64,000 bases of DNA. It comes from an uncultured Solirubrobacterales bacterium. Its GTDB lineage: Bacteria; Actinomycetota; Thermoleophilia; Solirubrobacterales; Solirubrobacteraceae. The DNA lies in NCBI GenBank assembly GCA_963702725.1, contig CAVPDT010000001.1, forward strand, positions 41,803 through 105,802, written 5' to 3'. The notes under the pieces were generated by a model. That model was not told the origin of the DNA and searched no databases. It saw only the letters and a program-made list of their open reading frames with translations. Every line of letters begins with the position of its first letter. Position 1 is the stretch's first letter. The translations under genes were made by a program, and so were the position numbers. Of the stretch, positions 30,495 through 40,404 are shown piece after piece.

Positions 30495-31910
30495 TCAGGC
30501 CGGCGCCGCGATTGACTCGCGCGCCAGCGCCACGAGCGTGGCGAGTTCCGCCGCGATCGTCTCGCCGATCAGGTCGATGTCCGGCAGCGCGTCGAAGTCG
30601 CCGAGCAAACCGAAGTTCATCTGGCCGTTGTAAGACATGATCGCGATCGCCAGCGCATGGTTTTCCGGCAGAAACGCGACGGGGTAGGCGGCCAGCATCT
30701 CCCGGCCGAGCACATACAACGGGAACTGCGGTCCCGGCACGTTCGTCACGATCAAATTGAACAGGCGCGTAGAGAAGTTCAACCGCGACGCCTGCGCCAG
30801 GATCGTCGGCGGCGCGAAGTTCTGTGCGCCCGCGATCACCTCCGCGCCGAGCGCCTGCTTGGACTCCTTCAGCCCGTCCATCGCGTAGGAGACGAACCGC
30901 AGCCGCTGCACCGGGTCGGCGATGTAGACCGGCAGCGGACCGCGCATCACCACGATGCGGTTGCCGCCCTGATGGTGCTCGTCCTCGGCGCGCACCGACA
31001 CCGGCACGAGCGCACGCAACTCCACGCCCTCCGTGCGCAACCCCCGAGAGATCAGGAACTCGCGCAACGCGCCCGCGACGACCGCCAGCACGACATCGTT
31101 GACGGTGCCGCCGAACGCGTTCTTGACGAGCTTGAAGTCATCCAGCGGGTTGCCGATCCCCATAAAGCGCCGATGCGGGCCGATATGGACGTTCAGCGGC
31201 GTCTCCGGCGCCGGGTTCAGCCCGGCCCACACGATCTCCCCGATCCCCTCCGCCGCCTCGCGCGTGCGCGACAGCGCGCGATCGGGATGGGTGAGCGCGT
31301 CCAGGGCGCCCTCGGCCAGCTCGATCCCGGCGCGCACCGCGCCCTTCAAACCGGCCGCCACCAGCTCGGGCGTGCCCGGTTCGGAGTGCGGGCGCCAAGC
31401 CCGTCCCGAGTGCTTGATCGGGGGTGGGTCCGGGCTGAGGTCGAACAGCACCGTCGCCAGATCGATCCCCGCGATCCCGTCGATCAACGAATGATGGGTC
31501 TTTGAGATCAGCGCGAAGCGATCGTCTTTCAAGCCCTCGATCAGCCACATCTCCCACAGCGGCTTCGAACGGTCCAGCTGCTGGGAGAAGATCCGCGCCG
31601 TCAGCCCGCGCAACTGCTCGGGCTCACCAGGCGTCGGCAGCGCCGTATGGCGCACGTGATACTCGAGGCTGAAGTTCGGATCGTCGATCCACACCGGCCG
31701 CCCGCTGTCGAGCGCCGTGAACGCGAGCTTGTGGCGGTAGCGGGGCACCAGATGCAAGCGCATGCGGATCTGTTCCAGGAACTCCTCCATCGGCGGCGGC
31801 GGACCTTCGACGATTGTCAGCCCGCCGACGTGCATGTGCGAGTTCGCGCCCTCCTGATGCAGGAACGACGCGTCCACCGGGGTCAGCCTGTCGAGGTGCT
31901 TTTGCGCCAT
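30495..31910 (-). CDS. wax ester synthase/diacylglycerol acyltransferase (WS/DGAT)
   Basis: LDRSKPLWE, HHSLIDG (HHxxxDG), TVNDVVL, VTNVPGPQ. Confidence 0.93.
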   Translation of the reverse strand: MAQKHLDRLTPVDASFLHQEGANSHMHVGGLTIVEGPPPPMEEFLEQIRMRLHLVPRYRHKLAFTALDSGRPVWIDDPNFSLEYHVRHTALPTPGEPEQLRGLTARIFSQQLDRSKPLWEMWLIEGLKDDRFALISKTHHSLIDGIAGIDLATVLFDLSPDPPPIKHSGRAWRPHSEPGTPELVAAGLKGAVRAGIELAEGALDALTHPDRALSRTREAAEGIGEIVWAGLNPAPETPLNVHIGPHRRFMGIGNPLDDFKLVKNAFGGTVNDVVLAVVAGALREFLISRGLRTEGVELRALVPVSVRAEDEHHQGGNRIVVMRGPLPVYIADPVQRLRFVSYAMDGLKESKQALGAEVIAGAQNFAPPTILAQASRLNFSTRLFNLIVTNVPGPQFPLYVLGREMLAAYPVAFLPENHALAIAIMSYNGQMNFGLLGDFDALPDIDLIGETIAAELATLVALARESIAAPA

Positions 31911-32028
31911 ACACGGTTAGCGTACCCGGCCGCGCCCGTGAACTCTCGCCGATCTTCGCGCCGATCGCTCCCGTCGCGGTCACACCGCGCGCGCGGTCGC
32001 CTCACGCTCCCCGCCTACAATGTGCAGG

Positions 32029-33009
32029 GTGTCAGACCCCGCGACCGCGTCCAACACGATCGAGCGCCTGCTGCTGGCCGCGCCGCGCGGATACTGCGCC
32101 GGCGTCGATCGCGCCGTGCAGACCGTCGAACGCACGCTCGACGAGCACGGCCCGCCCGTCTACGTGCGCAAGCAGATCGTCCATAACCGCCACGTCGTCG
32201 AGCGGCTCACCGAGCGCGGCGCCGTGTTCGTGGAGGACGTGCGCGAAGTGCCCGAGGGCGCCATCACCGTCTTCTCCGCCCACGGCGTCGCCCCCAGCGT
32301 GCGCGAGGCCGCCAAGCAGCGCAACCTGCAGACGATCGACGCCACCTGCCCGCTCGTCACGAAGGTCCATCGCGAGGCCGCGCACTTCGCCCAGGAGGGC
32401 TACACGATCGTGCTCGTCGGCCACCAAGGCCACGAGGAGGTCGAAGGCACGATGGGGGAGGCCCCCGCGCGGATCGTGCTCGTACAAGACGAGGCCGATG
32501 TTGACGCGCTACAGGTCGAGGACCCCGAGCGGGTGGCCTACGTCACGCAGACGACCCTATCCGTGGACGAAACCGACTCGATCGTCGCGCGCCTGCGCGA
32601 GCGCTTCCCGCGGATCACCGGTCCTCGCACCGACGACATCTGCTACGCCACCACCAACCGTCAAGCCGCCGTCAAGCAGCTCGCCGGCGACTGCGACCTG
32701 ATGCTCGTAATCGGCTCGCGAAACTCCTCCAACTCCGTACGCCTCGTCGAGGTCGCCCAAGACTGCGGCACCGACGCCCACCTGATCGACAACGCCTCCG
32801 AAGTCCGCGAGGAGTGGCTGGCCGGCAAGCGCGTCGTCGGCATCTCCTCCGGCGCCAGCGCCCCGGAGAACCTCGTCTCAGAGCTCCTCGACTACTTCCG
32901 CGCGCGCGGAGTCTCAGACATCTCAGAGGTCGACGTGATCCGCGAGAACGTCCGCTTCATGCTCCCCAAGCCCGTACGCGAGTTCGCCGCCTCCGGCGCC
33001 TCCACCTGA
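32029..33009 (+). CDS. ispH: 4-hydroxy-3-methylbut-2-enyl diphosphate reductase
   Basis: PRGYCAGV, IVHN, SAHG, DATCPLV, ICYATTNRQ, SSNS; TACAAT -10 7 nt before GTG 32029. Confidence 0.97.
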   Translation: MSDPATASNTIERLLLAAPRGYCAGVDRAVQTVERTLDEHGPPVYVRKQIVHNRHVVERLTERGAVFVEDVREVPEGAITVFSAHGVAPSVREAAKQRNLQTIDATCPLVTKVHREAAHFAQEGYTIVLVGHQGHEEVEGTMGEAPARIVLVQDEADVDALQVEDPERVAYVTQTTLSVDETDSIVARLRERFPRITGPRTDDICYATTNRQAAVKQLAGDCDLMLVIGSRNSSNSVRLVEVAQDCGTDAHLIDNASEVREEWLAGKRVVGISSGASAPENLVSELLDYFRARGVSDISEVDVIRENVRFMLPKPVREFAASGAST

Positions 33010-33025
33010 GCCGACACCGCCCTTC

Positions 33026-34198
33026 GTGACGCGCACCCTGATCGTCTCCGACCTGCACCTGGGCGGGCTCTCCGGGATCGACCTCTTGCGCCGCCCCGAG
33101 CTGCGCGCTCCGCTACTGGAGGAGATCGATGGCGTCGATCGCCTCGTGCTGCTCGGCGACGTGCTCGAGCTGCGCCACGGACCGCCCCACCAGGCGCTGC
33201 TCGCCGCGCGCCCCTTCTTCGAAGACCTCGGGCGCGCGCTCGGGCGCGAACGCGAGCTGATCGTGACCGCCGGCAACCACGACCACCTGATGGTGTCCGC
33301 GTGGCTGGACGCCCGCGCGTTGCGCGAACCGGCGCCCGACGCGCTCGGCGCCGAGCAGCGCTTCGACCCCGCCGAGGCCTCGCCGATGCTCGCCCAGATC
33401 GCGCGCTGGGCGGCTCCCGCCCGTGTCAGCACCGCCTACCCCGGCCTATGGGTGCGCCCGGACGTGTATGCCACGCACGGCCACTTCCTCGACGCCCACC
33501 TCACCATCCCCACCCTCGAGCGCATCGGCGTCGGGGTGATGGGACGGTTGCTCGAACGGCCCCCCTACGGCGACGCCTTCGACAGCGTCGAGGATTACGA
33601 GTCGGTGACCGCCCCCATCTACGCCTGGCGTGACGCGATCACCCGCTACGGCGCCGCCGGGCCGGTGCTCAACGGGCTGGCCACCGCCCGCGCGTGGCGC
33701 GCCCTGAGCGCCGGTCGCAACGGGACCGCTCGAGAGGGCACGAGCGGCGGCAGGCATCTGCTGCGCTCGGCGCGCGTCGCGGCGAGCAGGACCGCGATCA
33801 AGCGCGCGTTCCCGCTGATGGTCGGAGGACTCAACCGCGCCGGGCTCGGCCCCGTCAACGCCGACATCTCACGCACCGAGCTGCGCCGCTCCGGACTGCG
33901 CGCGATAGGGGAGGTCGCCGCGCGCCTGGATCTTGGTGAGGCCTACGTCGTCTTCGGCCACACCCACCGCGCCGGCCCCTTCCCGGAGGATCCCGAGTCG
34001 GAGTGGCGCGGGCGCGGCGGAGCGCGCCTCGTCAACTCGGGCTGCTGGACGTATGACTCGATCTTCCTCACGCCCACGCCGGGCGAGTCCCCCTACTGGC
34101 CGGGGACATGCGTGCTCGTGGAGGACACCGGGCCTCCGGTCCTCAGGCGGCTGCTGCTCGACCGCACGCACGCCGAATTGAAGCCGGTCGCGGGGTAG
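33026..34198 (+). CDS. calcineurin-like metallophosphoesterase
   Basis: SDLH, LGD, GNHD, THGH, FGHTH. Confidence 0.88.
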   Translation: MTRTLIVSDLHLGGLSGIDLLRRPELRAPLLEEIDGVDRLVLLGDVLELRHGPPHQALLAARPFFEDLGRALGRERELIVTAGNHDHLMVSAWLDARALREPAPDALGAEQRFDPAEASPMLAQIARWAAPARVSTAYPGLWVRPDVYATHGHFLDAHLTIPTLERIGVGVMGRLLERPPYGDAFDSVEDYESVTAPIYAWRDAITRYGAAGPVLNGLATARAWRALSAGRNGTAREGTSGGRHLLRSARVAASRTAIKRAFPLMVGGLNRAGLGPVNADISRTELRRSGLRAIGEVAARLDLGEAYVVFGHTHRAGPFPEDPESEWRGRGGARLVNSGCWTYDSIFLTPTPGESPYWPGTCVLVEDTGPPVLRRLLLDRTHAELKPVAG

Positions 34199-34238
34199 GT
34201 GGCCGGCCTGAGGATGCCTCGGGTGCTGCTCGCAGTCG

Positions 34239-34991
34239 CTATGTCACGCCCGGGGTGAAGCACGTCGCGTAGCACTCCACGCCCGCGCCGAGCTCCAGCT
34301 CCAGCACGCCCGCGGTGTGGCGCTCGTGCTCGATCAGCGAATACGCGCCCGGGTGGGTCACCTTCAGCTCGCGGCCGTTCACCCGCACGCTCCCCTTCCC
34401 GGAGAGCACCGCCCACACCCCGCCCGCCTCATACGGTCCCGAGTACGCGCCGGGCTGATCCTCCGTCTGGGGCGCCAGCAGCACGCCCGGCGCGTCCTCT
34501 GGACGCAGCGCTCCCAACGGCTCGCGCTCAACGCCCAGCAGCTCCTGGATCGCCAGCTCCGTTTCGGCATAAGCGCCCTCGCCGTAGTGGTACTCGAACA
34601 GGCGCGCATGCCCGTCGAACACATAGCGCGCCGGCCAGCCGAGGTTCTCGTACTCCTGCCATACCGTCAGCTCGCCATCGATCAGCACCGGATACTCGAT
34701 CCCCAGTCGCGCGACAGCATTCCTGACCGACTGCTCATCGCGAGAGGGGTCGAAGCCGGGGGAGTGCACACCGATGACGCGCAGCCCGTGCTCGGCGTAG
34801 CGCTCGTGCCACGCTTTTACATAAGGCAGCGTACGCAGCGAGTTCGGGCGGCAAAAATCCCAGAACTCGACCAGCATCGGCCGCCCTCGCTGGATGATGC
34901 TCGCCTGCGCTCCCTTACCGCCAGGGACGTTGACCCACGACGTCTTCGTCGGGAACAGCGGCGCGGCGATCGTGTTTACAGGAGCGCGCAA
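34239..34991 (-). CDS. DipZ C-terminal-like redoxin (thioredoxin fold + beta domain), TTG start
   Basis: LVEFWDFCRPNSLRTLPYVKAWHERY, IGVHSPGF, WPARY, GEGAY. Confidence 0.8.
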   Translation of the reverse strand: MRAPVNTIAAPLFPTKTSWVNVPGGKGAQASIIQRGRPMLVEFWDFCRPNSLRTLPYVKAWHERYAEHGLRVIGVHSPGFDPSRDEQSVRNAVARLGIEYPVLIDGELTVWQEYENLGWPARYVFDGHARLFEYHYGEGAYAETELAIQELLGVEREPLGALRPEDAPGVLLAPQTEDQPGAYSGPYEAGGVWAVLSGKGSVRVNGRELKVTHPGAYSLIEHERHTAGVLELELGAGVECYATCFTPGVT

Positions 34992-35008
34992 TGAGGATCA
35001 GGACGCCC

Positions 35009-35113
35009 CTGAGACGTGCGAGGGGCAAGCATGGCAAGGACGCAGGGAGCGTGGCGTACTCGGTACGCGAGCGACTGAGGACGCAGCCAGTCGCAGCCCA
35101 TCGCACGTCTCAG
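35009..35113. repeat. 105-bp palindromic REP/MITE-like element
   Basis: Terminal inverted repeats CTGAGACGTGCGA(G/T)GGGC (17 of 18) and a central CGTAC-tcg-GTACG hairpin; right end overlaps the sufB stop. Confidence 0.7.
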
Positions 35114-36510
35114 CCGATGGAGCCGACCATCTCCAACTGTATAAGGCGGTTCAGCTCGACCGCGTACTCCATCGGCAGCTCCTTCGTCACCGGCTCGATG
35201 AAGCCGTTGACGATCATCGCCGCGGCCTCGTCCTCGGTGAACCCGCGCGAGCCCATGTAGAAGAGCTGATCGTCGGAGATGCGCCCGACGGTGGCCTCGT
35301 GGGCGACCGTCACGTGCGGGTTCTGGATCTGGATGTCAGGCCAGGTGTCCGATTTCGATTCGCCGTCCATCATCAGGCCGTCGCACTGCACGCGCGATTT
35401 CGAGCCCGCCGAGTGCTGGCCCATCTTGACGAGGCCCCGGTAGCCCATGATGCCGCCGTCCTTGGAGATCGACTTGGCGAGGATGTTTGAGGTCGTGTTC
35501 GGCGCGAGGTGCACGACCTTCGCGCCCGTGTCCTTGTGCACTCCCTTGCCGGCGACGCCTACGTTCAGATGGTCGGCGCGCGCGCCCTCGCCCATCAGAT
35601 AGGAGCCCGGGTAGAGCATCACGTACTTCGCGCCCATCGACCCGCCGACCCACTCGACGGTGCCGTTCGCGTCGACCATCGCGCGCTTGGTGTTGAGGTT
35701 GTAGACGTCCTTCGACCAGTTCTGCACGGTCGTGTAACGGGCCTTCGCGCCCTCATGCACGAAGATCTCCACCACGGCGGAGTGCATCGAGTTCACGCTG
35801 TACGTCTGCGCGGTGCAACCCTCGATGTAGTTCACCTCGGCGCCCTCGTCGGCGACGATCAGCGTGTGCTCGAACGTGCCCTCGCCCGCCCCCTCCATGC
35901 GGAAGTAGGACTGCAGCGGCAGGTCGCACTTGACGCCCTTGGGGATGTAGCAGAACGCTCCGCCCGACCAGACGGCGCCGTGCAGAGCGGAGAACTTGTT
36001 GTCCTGCGCCGGCACGCACTTGGTCATGAAGTATTTCTGCACCAGCTCCGGATACTCGGTGATCGCCGTGTCCATCGAGCAGAACAGGATCCCCTGCTTG
36101 GCGTACTCCTCCTTCAGCCCCTCATACACCGGCTCCTGGCGCCACACTCCGACCACGCCCGCAAGGTGCTCGCGCTCGGCCTGGGGGATCCCCAGATCCT
36201 CATACGTCTGCTTCATCTCCGCCGGCACGTCCTCCCAGCTGTTGAAGCGCCCGGCCGTCGGCGGCGAATACAGCACTAGATCGTCCAGGTTCAACCCGCC
36301 GAGGTCCGGACCCCACGTCGGGATCGGCTTGCGTTCGAAGATTTCCAGCGACTTGATCCGTTTCTCCGCCATCCAGTCGGGCTCGTCCTTGATCTTCGAC
36401 AGCTCGCTCACGACCTCGCGCGAGATGCCCTGGCGGGCGCGCAACTGCCCCTGGTCGTCCTCGACGATCGGGCTGGGCTTGGCGATCCTGACTGTGTCCG
36501 TAGCGGCCAT
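35110..36510 (-). CDS. sufB: Fe-S cluster assembly protein SufB
   Basis: DNKFSALHGAVWSGG, FEHTLIVAD, YIEGCTA, HEATVGRI, IVNGF. Confidence 0.96.
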   Translation of the reverse strand: MAATDTVRIAKPSPIVEDDQGQLRARQGISREVVSELSKIKDEPDWMAEKRIKSLEIFERKPIPTWGPDLGGLNLDDLVLYSPPTAGRFNSWEDVPAEMKQTYEDLGIPQAEREHLAGVVGVWRQEPVYEGLKEEYAKQGILFCSMDTAITEYPELVQKYFMTKCVPAQDNKFSALHGAVWSGGAFCYIPKGVKCDLPLQSYFRMEGAGEGTFEHTLIVADEGAEVNYIEGCTAQTYSVNSMHSAVVEIFVHEGAKARYTTVQNWSKDVYNLNTKRAMVDANGTVEWVGGSMGAKYVMLYPGSYLMGEGARADHLNVGVAGKGVHKDTGAKVVHLAPNTTSNILAKSISKDGGIMGYRGLVKMGQHSAGSKSRVQCDGLMMDGESKSDTWPDIQIQNPHVTVAHEATVGRISDDQLFYMGSRGFTEDEAAAMIVNGFIEPVTKELPMEYAVELNRLIQLEMVGSIG

Positions 36511-36526
36511 GAAGCTCCTTCTCTGG

Positions 36527-36555
36527 GAATCCCGTGCTCGGAAGTAGGAATTCTA
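36527..36555. promoter_or_regulatory. candidate Rrf2-type operator next to an internal TAGAAT -10 for sufB
   Basis: GAATCCCG-N10-TAGGAATT; minus-strand TAGAAT at 36555-36550. Confidence 0.4.
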
Positions 36556-36599
36556 TCGCGTGTCGCGGATCGTGCTCGGCCGGAGGCTCCCAACGACAC

Positions 36600-36980
36600 T
36601 CACTCGGGCCAGGCACGGTCGCCCGTGACGGCCCCGCGCACGACCTTCAGGTTCAGCAGCGCGCACTTGCGCCGCGTCGCCGACACCGGGATGCCGAGCA
36701 GCTCGATCATCCAGTCGGCATTCAGCTCGCCGACCTCGTCAAGCTCCATCCCGATCAACTCCTGCGACGCGATCGACGCCGAGGCCTGCGAGATCGCGCA
36801 GCCGTGGCCGTGGAAGCGCAGATCGGCGATGCGCCCGTCCTGCACCTTGATATGCACGCCCAGCTCATCCCCGCACAGCGGGTTGTGCTCGTGGTTCTCC
36901 AGGTCGTGCGGCTCCAGCTCGCCGAAGTTGTGCGGGCGCTTGTAATGCTCGAGGATGTAATCGCGGTAGAGGTCGTCCAT
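36600..36980 (-). CDS. sufU: SufU (NifU-like) sulfur transfer protein
   Basis: LYRDYILEHY, NPLCGD, GCAISQASAS, RRKCALL. Confidence 0.95.
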   Translation of the reverse strand: MDDLYRDYILEHYKRPHNFGELEPHDLENHEHNPLCGDELGVHIKVQDGRIADLRFHGHGCAISQASASIASQELIGMELDEVGELNADWMIELLGIPVSATRRKCALLNLKVVRGAVTGDRAWPE

Positions 36981-36985
36981 GGCGA

Positions 36986-38245
36986 TCAGAGTCCGAACAC
37001 CTCGCGCCCGGCCAGCAGCGCGTCCACGAGCGCATCGACGTCCGCGGGCTCGTTGTAGACGCCGACGCTCGCCCGCGCCGTCGCGCCCACGCCCAGACAG
37101 CGCATCAACGGCTGCGCGCAGTGGTGGCCCGCGCGGATGCACACACCGCCGCGATCGGCCAGCTCGGCGACGTCATGCGGGTGGATGCCCTCGATCGTGA
37201 ACGACGCGAGCCCTCCGCGGCGCTCGGCCTCCGGCGGGCCGACCACGCGCAGCCCCGGCACCTCGCCGAGGCGTTCGAGCATGTACGCGGTCAACGCCCG
37301 CTCGTGCGCGCGCGCGCGCTCCATGTCCAGCGCGGACAGGTAGTCCACGGCCGCGCCCAGGCCGACGGCCTCGGCGATCGGGGGCGTCCCGGCCTCGAAC
37401 TTGTACGGCAGCTCGTTCCACTCGGCCGACTGGAAGTCGACCGAGGAGATCATGTCCCCGCCCGTCATGAACGGCTCCATCGCCTCCATCATCTCCGCGC
37501 GGCCGTGCAGCACGCCGATGCCCGTCGGCCCCAGCGCCTTATGTCCCGTCCAGGCGTAGAAGTCCGCGCCGATCGCGTCCACGTCCACGGGCATGTGCGG
37601 CACCGCCTGGGCCCCGTCCACCAGCGACACGGCGCCCGCGGCGCGGATGCGCGCGCACATCTCCGCCACCGGCACGATCGTCCCGAGCACGTTCGACACG
37701 TGTGCAAACGCCACCATCCGCACGTCGCCCCGCGCGAGCTCCGCGTCCAGCTGCTCCGGCGACAGCTCCCCGCGCTCGTCCACCTCCAGGTAGCGCAGGC
37801 TCGCGCCGCGCTCACGGCAGAGCATCTGCCAGGGGACGATGTTCGCGTGGTGCTCCAGCTGGGTGATCAGCACCGCGTCGCCCGGGCCGACGTTCGCCCG
37901 CCCATCGGTCTCGCCGCGCCCCCACGCGTAGGCGACGAGGTTGATCGCCTCGGTGACGTTCTTCGTGAACACAGTCGTCCGCGGCGAGGCGCCGACGAAC
38001 GCGGCGACGCGGCGGCGCGCCCCGTCATACGCGGCGTCGGCCTCCTGCGCCAGCGCATACACGCCCCGGTGAACATTGGCGTTGTGCGAGCGCAGATGCT
38101 CCGCCAGCGCGTCGATCACGACCGCGGGCTTTTGCGAGGTGGCGCCCGAATCGAGGTAGATCAGCGGCCGGTCGTCGAAGCGGCGGCCAAAGATCGGGAA
38201 GTCGGCTCTGACGTTCAGCGAGGTGGCGCTAGCGACTGGTGGCAT
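36986..38245 (-). CDS. sufS: cysteine desulfurase SufS
   Basis: YLDSGATSQKP, EHHANIVPWQ, TGHK, FEAGTP, RAGHHCAQP. Confidence 0.96.
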   Translation of the reverse strand: MPPVASATSLNVRADFPIFGRRFDDRPLIYLDSGATSQKPAVVIDALAEHLRSHNANVHRGVYALAQEADAAYDGARRRVAAFVGASPRTTVFTKNVTEAINLVAYAWGRGETDGRANVGPGDAVLITQLEHHANIVPWQMLCRERGASLRYLEVDERGELSPEQLDAELARGDVRMVAFAHVSNVLGTIVPVAEMCARIRAAGAVSLVDGAQAVPHMPVDVDAIGADFYAWTGHKALGPTGIGVLHGRAEMMEAMEPFMTGGDMISSVDFQSAEWNELPYKFEAGTPPIAEAVGLGAAVDYLSALDMERARAHERALTAYMLERLGEVPGLRVVGPPEAERRGGLASFTIEGIHPHDVAELADRGGVCIRAGHHCAQPLMRCLGVGATARASVGVYNEPADVDALVDALLAGREVFGL

Positions 38246-39608
38246 ACGTCTCGATGTCCTCGCGAGCGGAGGCCAGCTTGGCCGCGAGCTTCGTGCGGAT
38301 GAGGTCTTCCAAGGGCTCGTCGTTCAGCTGCGCGAGCACCGGCTCGAAGAAGCCCTCCACGAGCAGCCGCACCGCCGCGGGGCGGTCCAGGCCGCGCGAC
38401 TGCATGTAGAAGATCGCCGCCTCGTCGAGCTCGCCGACGGTCCCCCCGTGCGAGGCGGAGACGTCGTCGGCGGAGACGAGCACCGAGGGGATCGCGTCCA
38501 GGCGGGCCTTGGGAGAGAGCATCATCGTGTGGATCTGCAGGTAGGTGTGGGTCTGCTGGGCGCCGGGGTCGATCTGGATGAGGCCCTCGAACGACGCGCG
38601 GCTCTCGCCGGTGGCGGCGCCGCGCCAGTGCACGTCCCCGCCGGAGGGGCCGGTCTCGTGCAGGTCCACCGCGAAGGCGTCCAGGTGCTCGTCCGCCTCG
38701 GTGAAGAACAGGCCGCGGAAGGCCATGTCGCCGCCGGGCGCGGTCACCGCCAGCTCCAGGTGCTGGCGCACGAGATGCCCACCCAGCAGCGAGGGCAGCC
38801 AGTGACAGTACGCATCACGCCCGACGCCAACGTAGCGGGTGGACACGTCGTAGACCTCGCCGGAACCCCAGTCCTGGAACTGTGCCAGGCGACAGCGCGC
38901 GCCGTCGCTCAGATACAGCTCGAACGCGCCCGCGTGCAGCGCCTGACCGTCGAAGTCCTCGGCGAGGTCGTACTCGTGCACGCGAAACTCGCTCGTGCGA
39001 TCGCCCACCACGAGCGTGCGCCCGTACTGCGCCACACCCGCACGGTCGATCGCATAGACGATCTCAAACGGGTCCTCCACGACGACGCCCGGCGGCACAT
39101 ACAGGAACGCCCCGCCCATCCAGAACGCCGCGTTCGCCGCCTCCAGCTTGTGGCGGTCGATCGTCAAGCGCTTGGAGTAGTACGTGGAGGCGAGCTCGCC
39201 GTGATCGCGGAAGGCGTCCTCAAGTGAGCACAGGATCACGCCGCGCTCGGTCAGCGCCGGGTCGAGCTCGACGTGCACGACCGCGCCGGCGCACTGCACG
39301 ATCCGTCCGGCGTGGGGACGGTCGGGGAGGGTGCGCGCCACGACGTCGGGCACGACCGGGTCGATTCCCGCGGGCGCCGTCTCCAGCGCGTCCAGATCGA
39401 GCGTCTGCAGGCTCGTCGTCCAGAACCCCGAGCGCCGCCAGACGGGCAGCTCGGAGGTGAAGAAGTGCGCGAGGGCGGCCTCGCGCAGCTGGGAGAGCGT
39501 GCGCTCGGGGCCGTGGCCCGCGCCGGCGCCGTGCAGCGCGTGGTAGAGGGTCGCCTCGCGGTGGCGACCGGGCTTAACCGCCACGGGCTGTGCCGTGCCC
39601 TCAGGCAC
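38229..39608 (-). CDS. sufD: Fe-S cluster assembly protein SufD
   Basis: ASFEGLI, DDVSASHGGTVG, FYMQSRG, beta-helix region; position in the sufCDSUB operon. Confidence 0.9.
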   Translation of the reverse strand: MPEGTAQPVAVKPGRHREATLYHALHGAGAGHGPERTLSQLREAALAHFFTSELPVWRRSGFWTTSLQTLDLDALETAPAGIDPVVPDVVARTLPDRPHAGRIVQCAGAVVHVELDPALTERGVILCSLEDAFRDHGELASTYYSKRLTIDRHKLEAANAAFWMGGAFLYVPPGVVVEDPFEIVYAIDRAGVAQYGRTLVVGDRTSEFRVHEYDLAEDFDGQALHAGAFELYLSDGARCRLAQFQDWGSGEVYDVSTRYVGVGRDAYCHWLPSLLGGHLVRQHLELAVTAPGGDMAFRGLFFTEADEHLDAFAVDLHETGPSGGDVHWRGAATGESRASFEGLIQIDPGAQQTHTYLQIHTMMLSPKARLDAIPSVLVSADDVSASHGGTVGELDEAAIFYMQSRGLDRPAAVRLLVEGFFEPVLAQLNDEPLEDLIRTKLAAKLASAREDIETYATSR

Positions 39609-40356
39609 CGGCCCCCACCTCCTGGCGGATCTGATCGTAGCCTTCGCGCTCCAGGCGTTCGACCAGCTCGACGCCGCCCTCCAGCACGATGCGCCCGTCC
39701 ATCAGGATGTGCACGAACTCGGGCTTGACGTAGTGGAGGATGCGCTGATAGTGGGTGATGATCAGCGCGCCAAGGCCTTGCTCGTCGTGCAGGCGCTGGA
39801 CGCCCTCGGCGACGGTGCGCAGCGCGTCGATGTCAAGGCCCGAGTCGGTCTCGTCGAGGATCGCGATGTCCGGTTTGAGCATCGCCATCTGCAGGATCTC
39901 CGCGCGCTTCTTCTCGCCGCCCGAGAACCCGTCATTGAGGTGGCGCGAGGTGAACGAGCGATCGACGTCCAGCAGGTCGATCGCATGTTGCAGTTCGGTA
40001 CGGAACTCCTTCACCTGGATCGGCTCCTCGCGCTGGGCGTTGATGGCCATGCGCAGGAAGTTCGCGACCGACACGCCCGGGATCGAAACGGGGTACTGGA
40101 ACGCCAGGAACAGGCCCGCGTGGGCGCGCTCGTGAGGCGCGGCCTCGGTGATGTCCTGCCCCTTGAACACGATCGTGCCCTCGGTGATCTCATAGGAGGG
40201 ATGGCCGAGCAGGGTGCTGGCGAGCGTGGACTTGCCCGAGCCATTCGGGCCCATCAGCGCGTGGATCTCACCTCGCGAGATGTCCAGGTCCACGCCTCGC
40301 AGGATCTCGCGCTCCTCGATGCGCACGTGCAGGTCTCTGATCTCTAGGTCGGCCAT
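39601..40356 (-). CDS. sufC: Fe-S cluster assembly ATPase SufC
   Basis: GPNGSGKST, LAFQYP, FSGGEKKR, DETDSGLDIDA, THYQRIL. Confidence 0.97.
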   Translation of the reverse strand: MADLEIRDLHVRIEEREILRGVDLDISRGEIHALMGPNGSGKSTLASTLLGHPSYEITEGTIVFKGQDITEAAPHERAHAGLFLAFQYPVSIPGVSVANFLRMAINAQREEPIQVKEFRTELQHAIDLLDVDRSFTSRHLNDGFSGGEKKRAEILQMAMLKPDIAILDETDSGLDIDALRTVAEGVQRLHDEQGLGALIITHYQRILHYVKPEFVHILMDGRIVLEGGVELVERLEREGYDQIRQEVGAGA

Positions 40357-40404
40357 ATCGCTGGTTCGGGCTCCGGTCGTCGGGGGTTGGATTGATGAAG
40401 GCTG

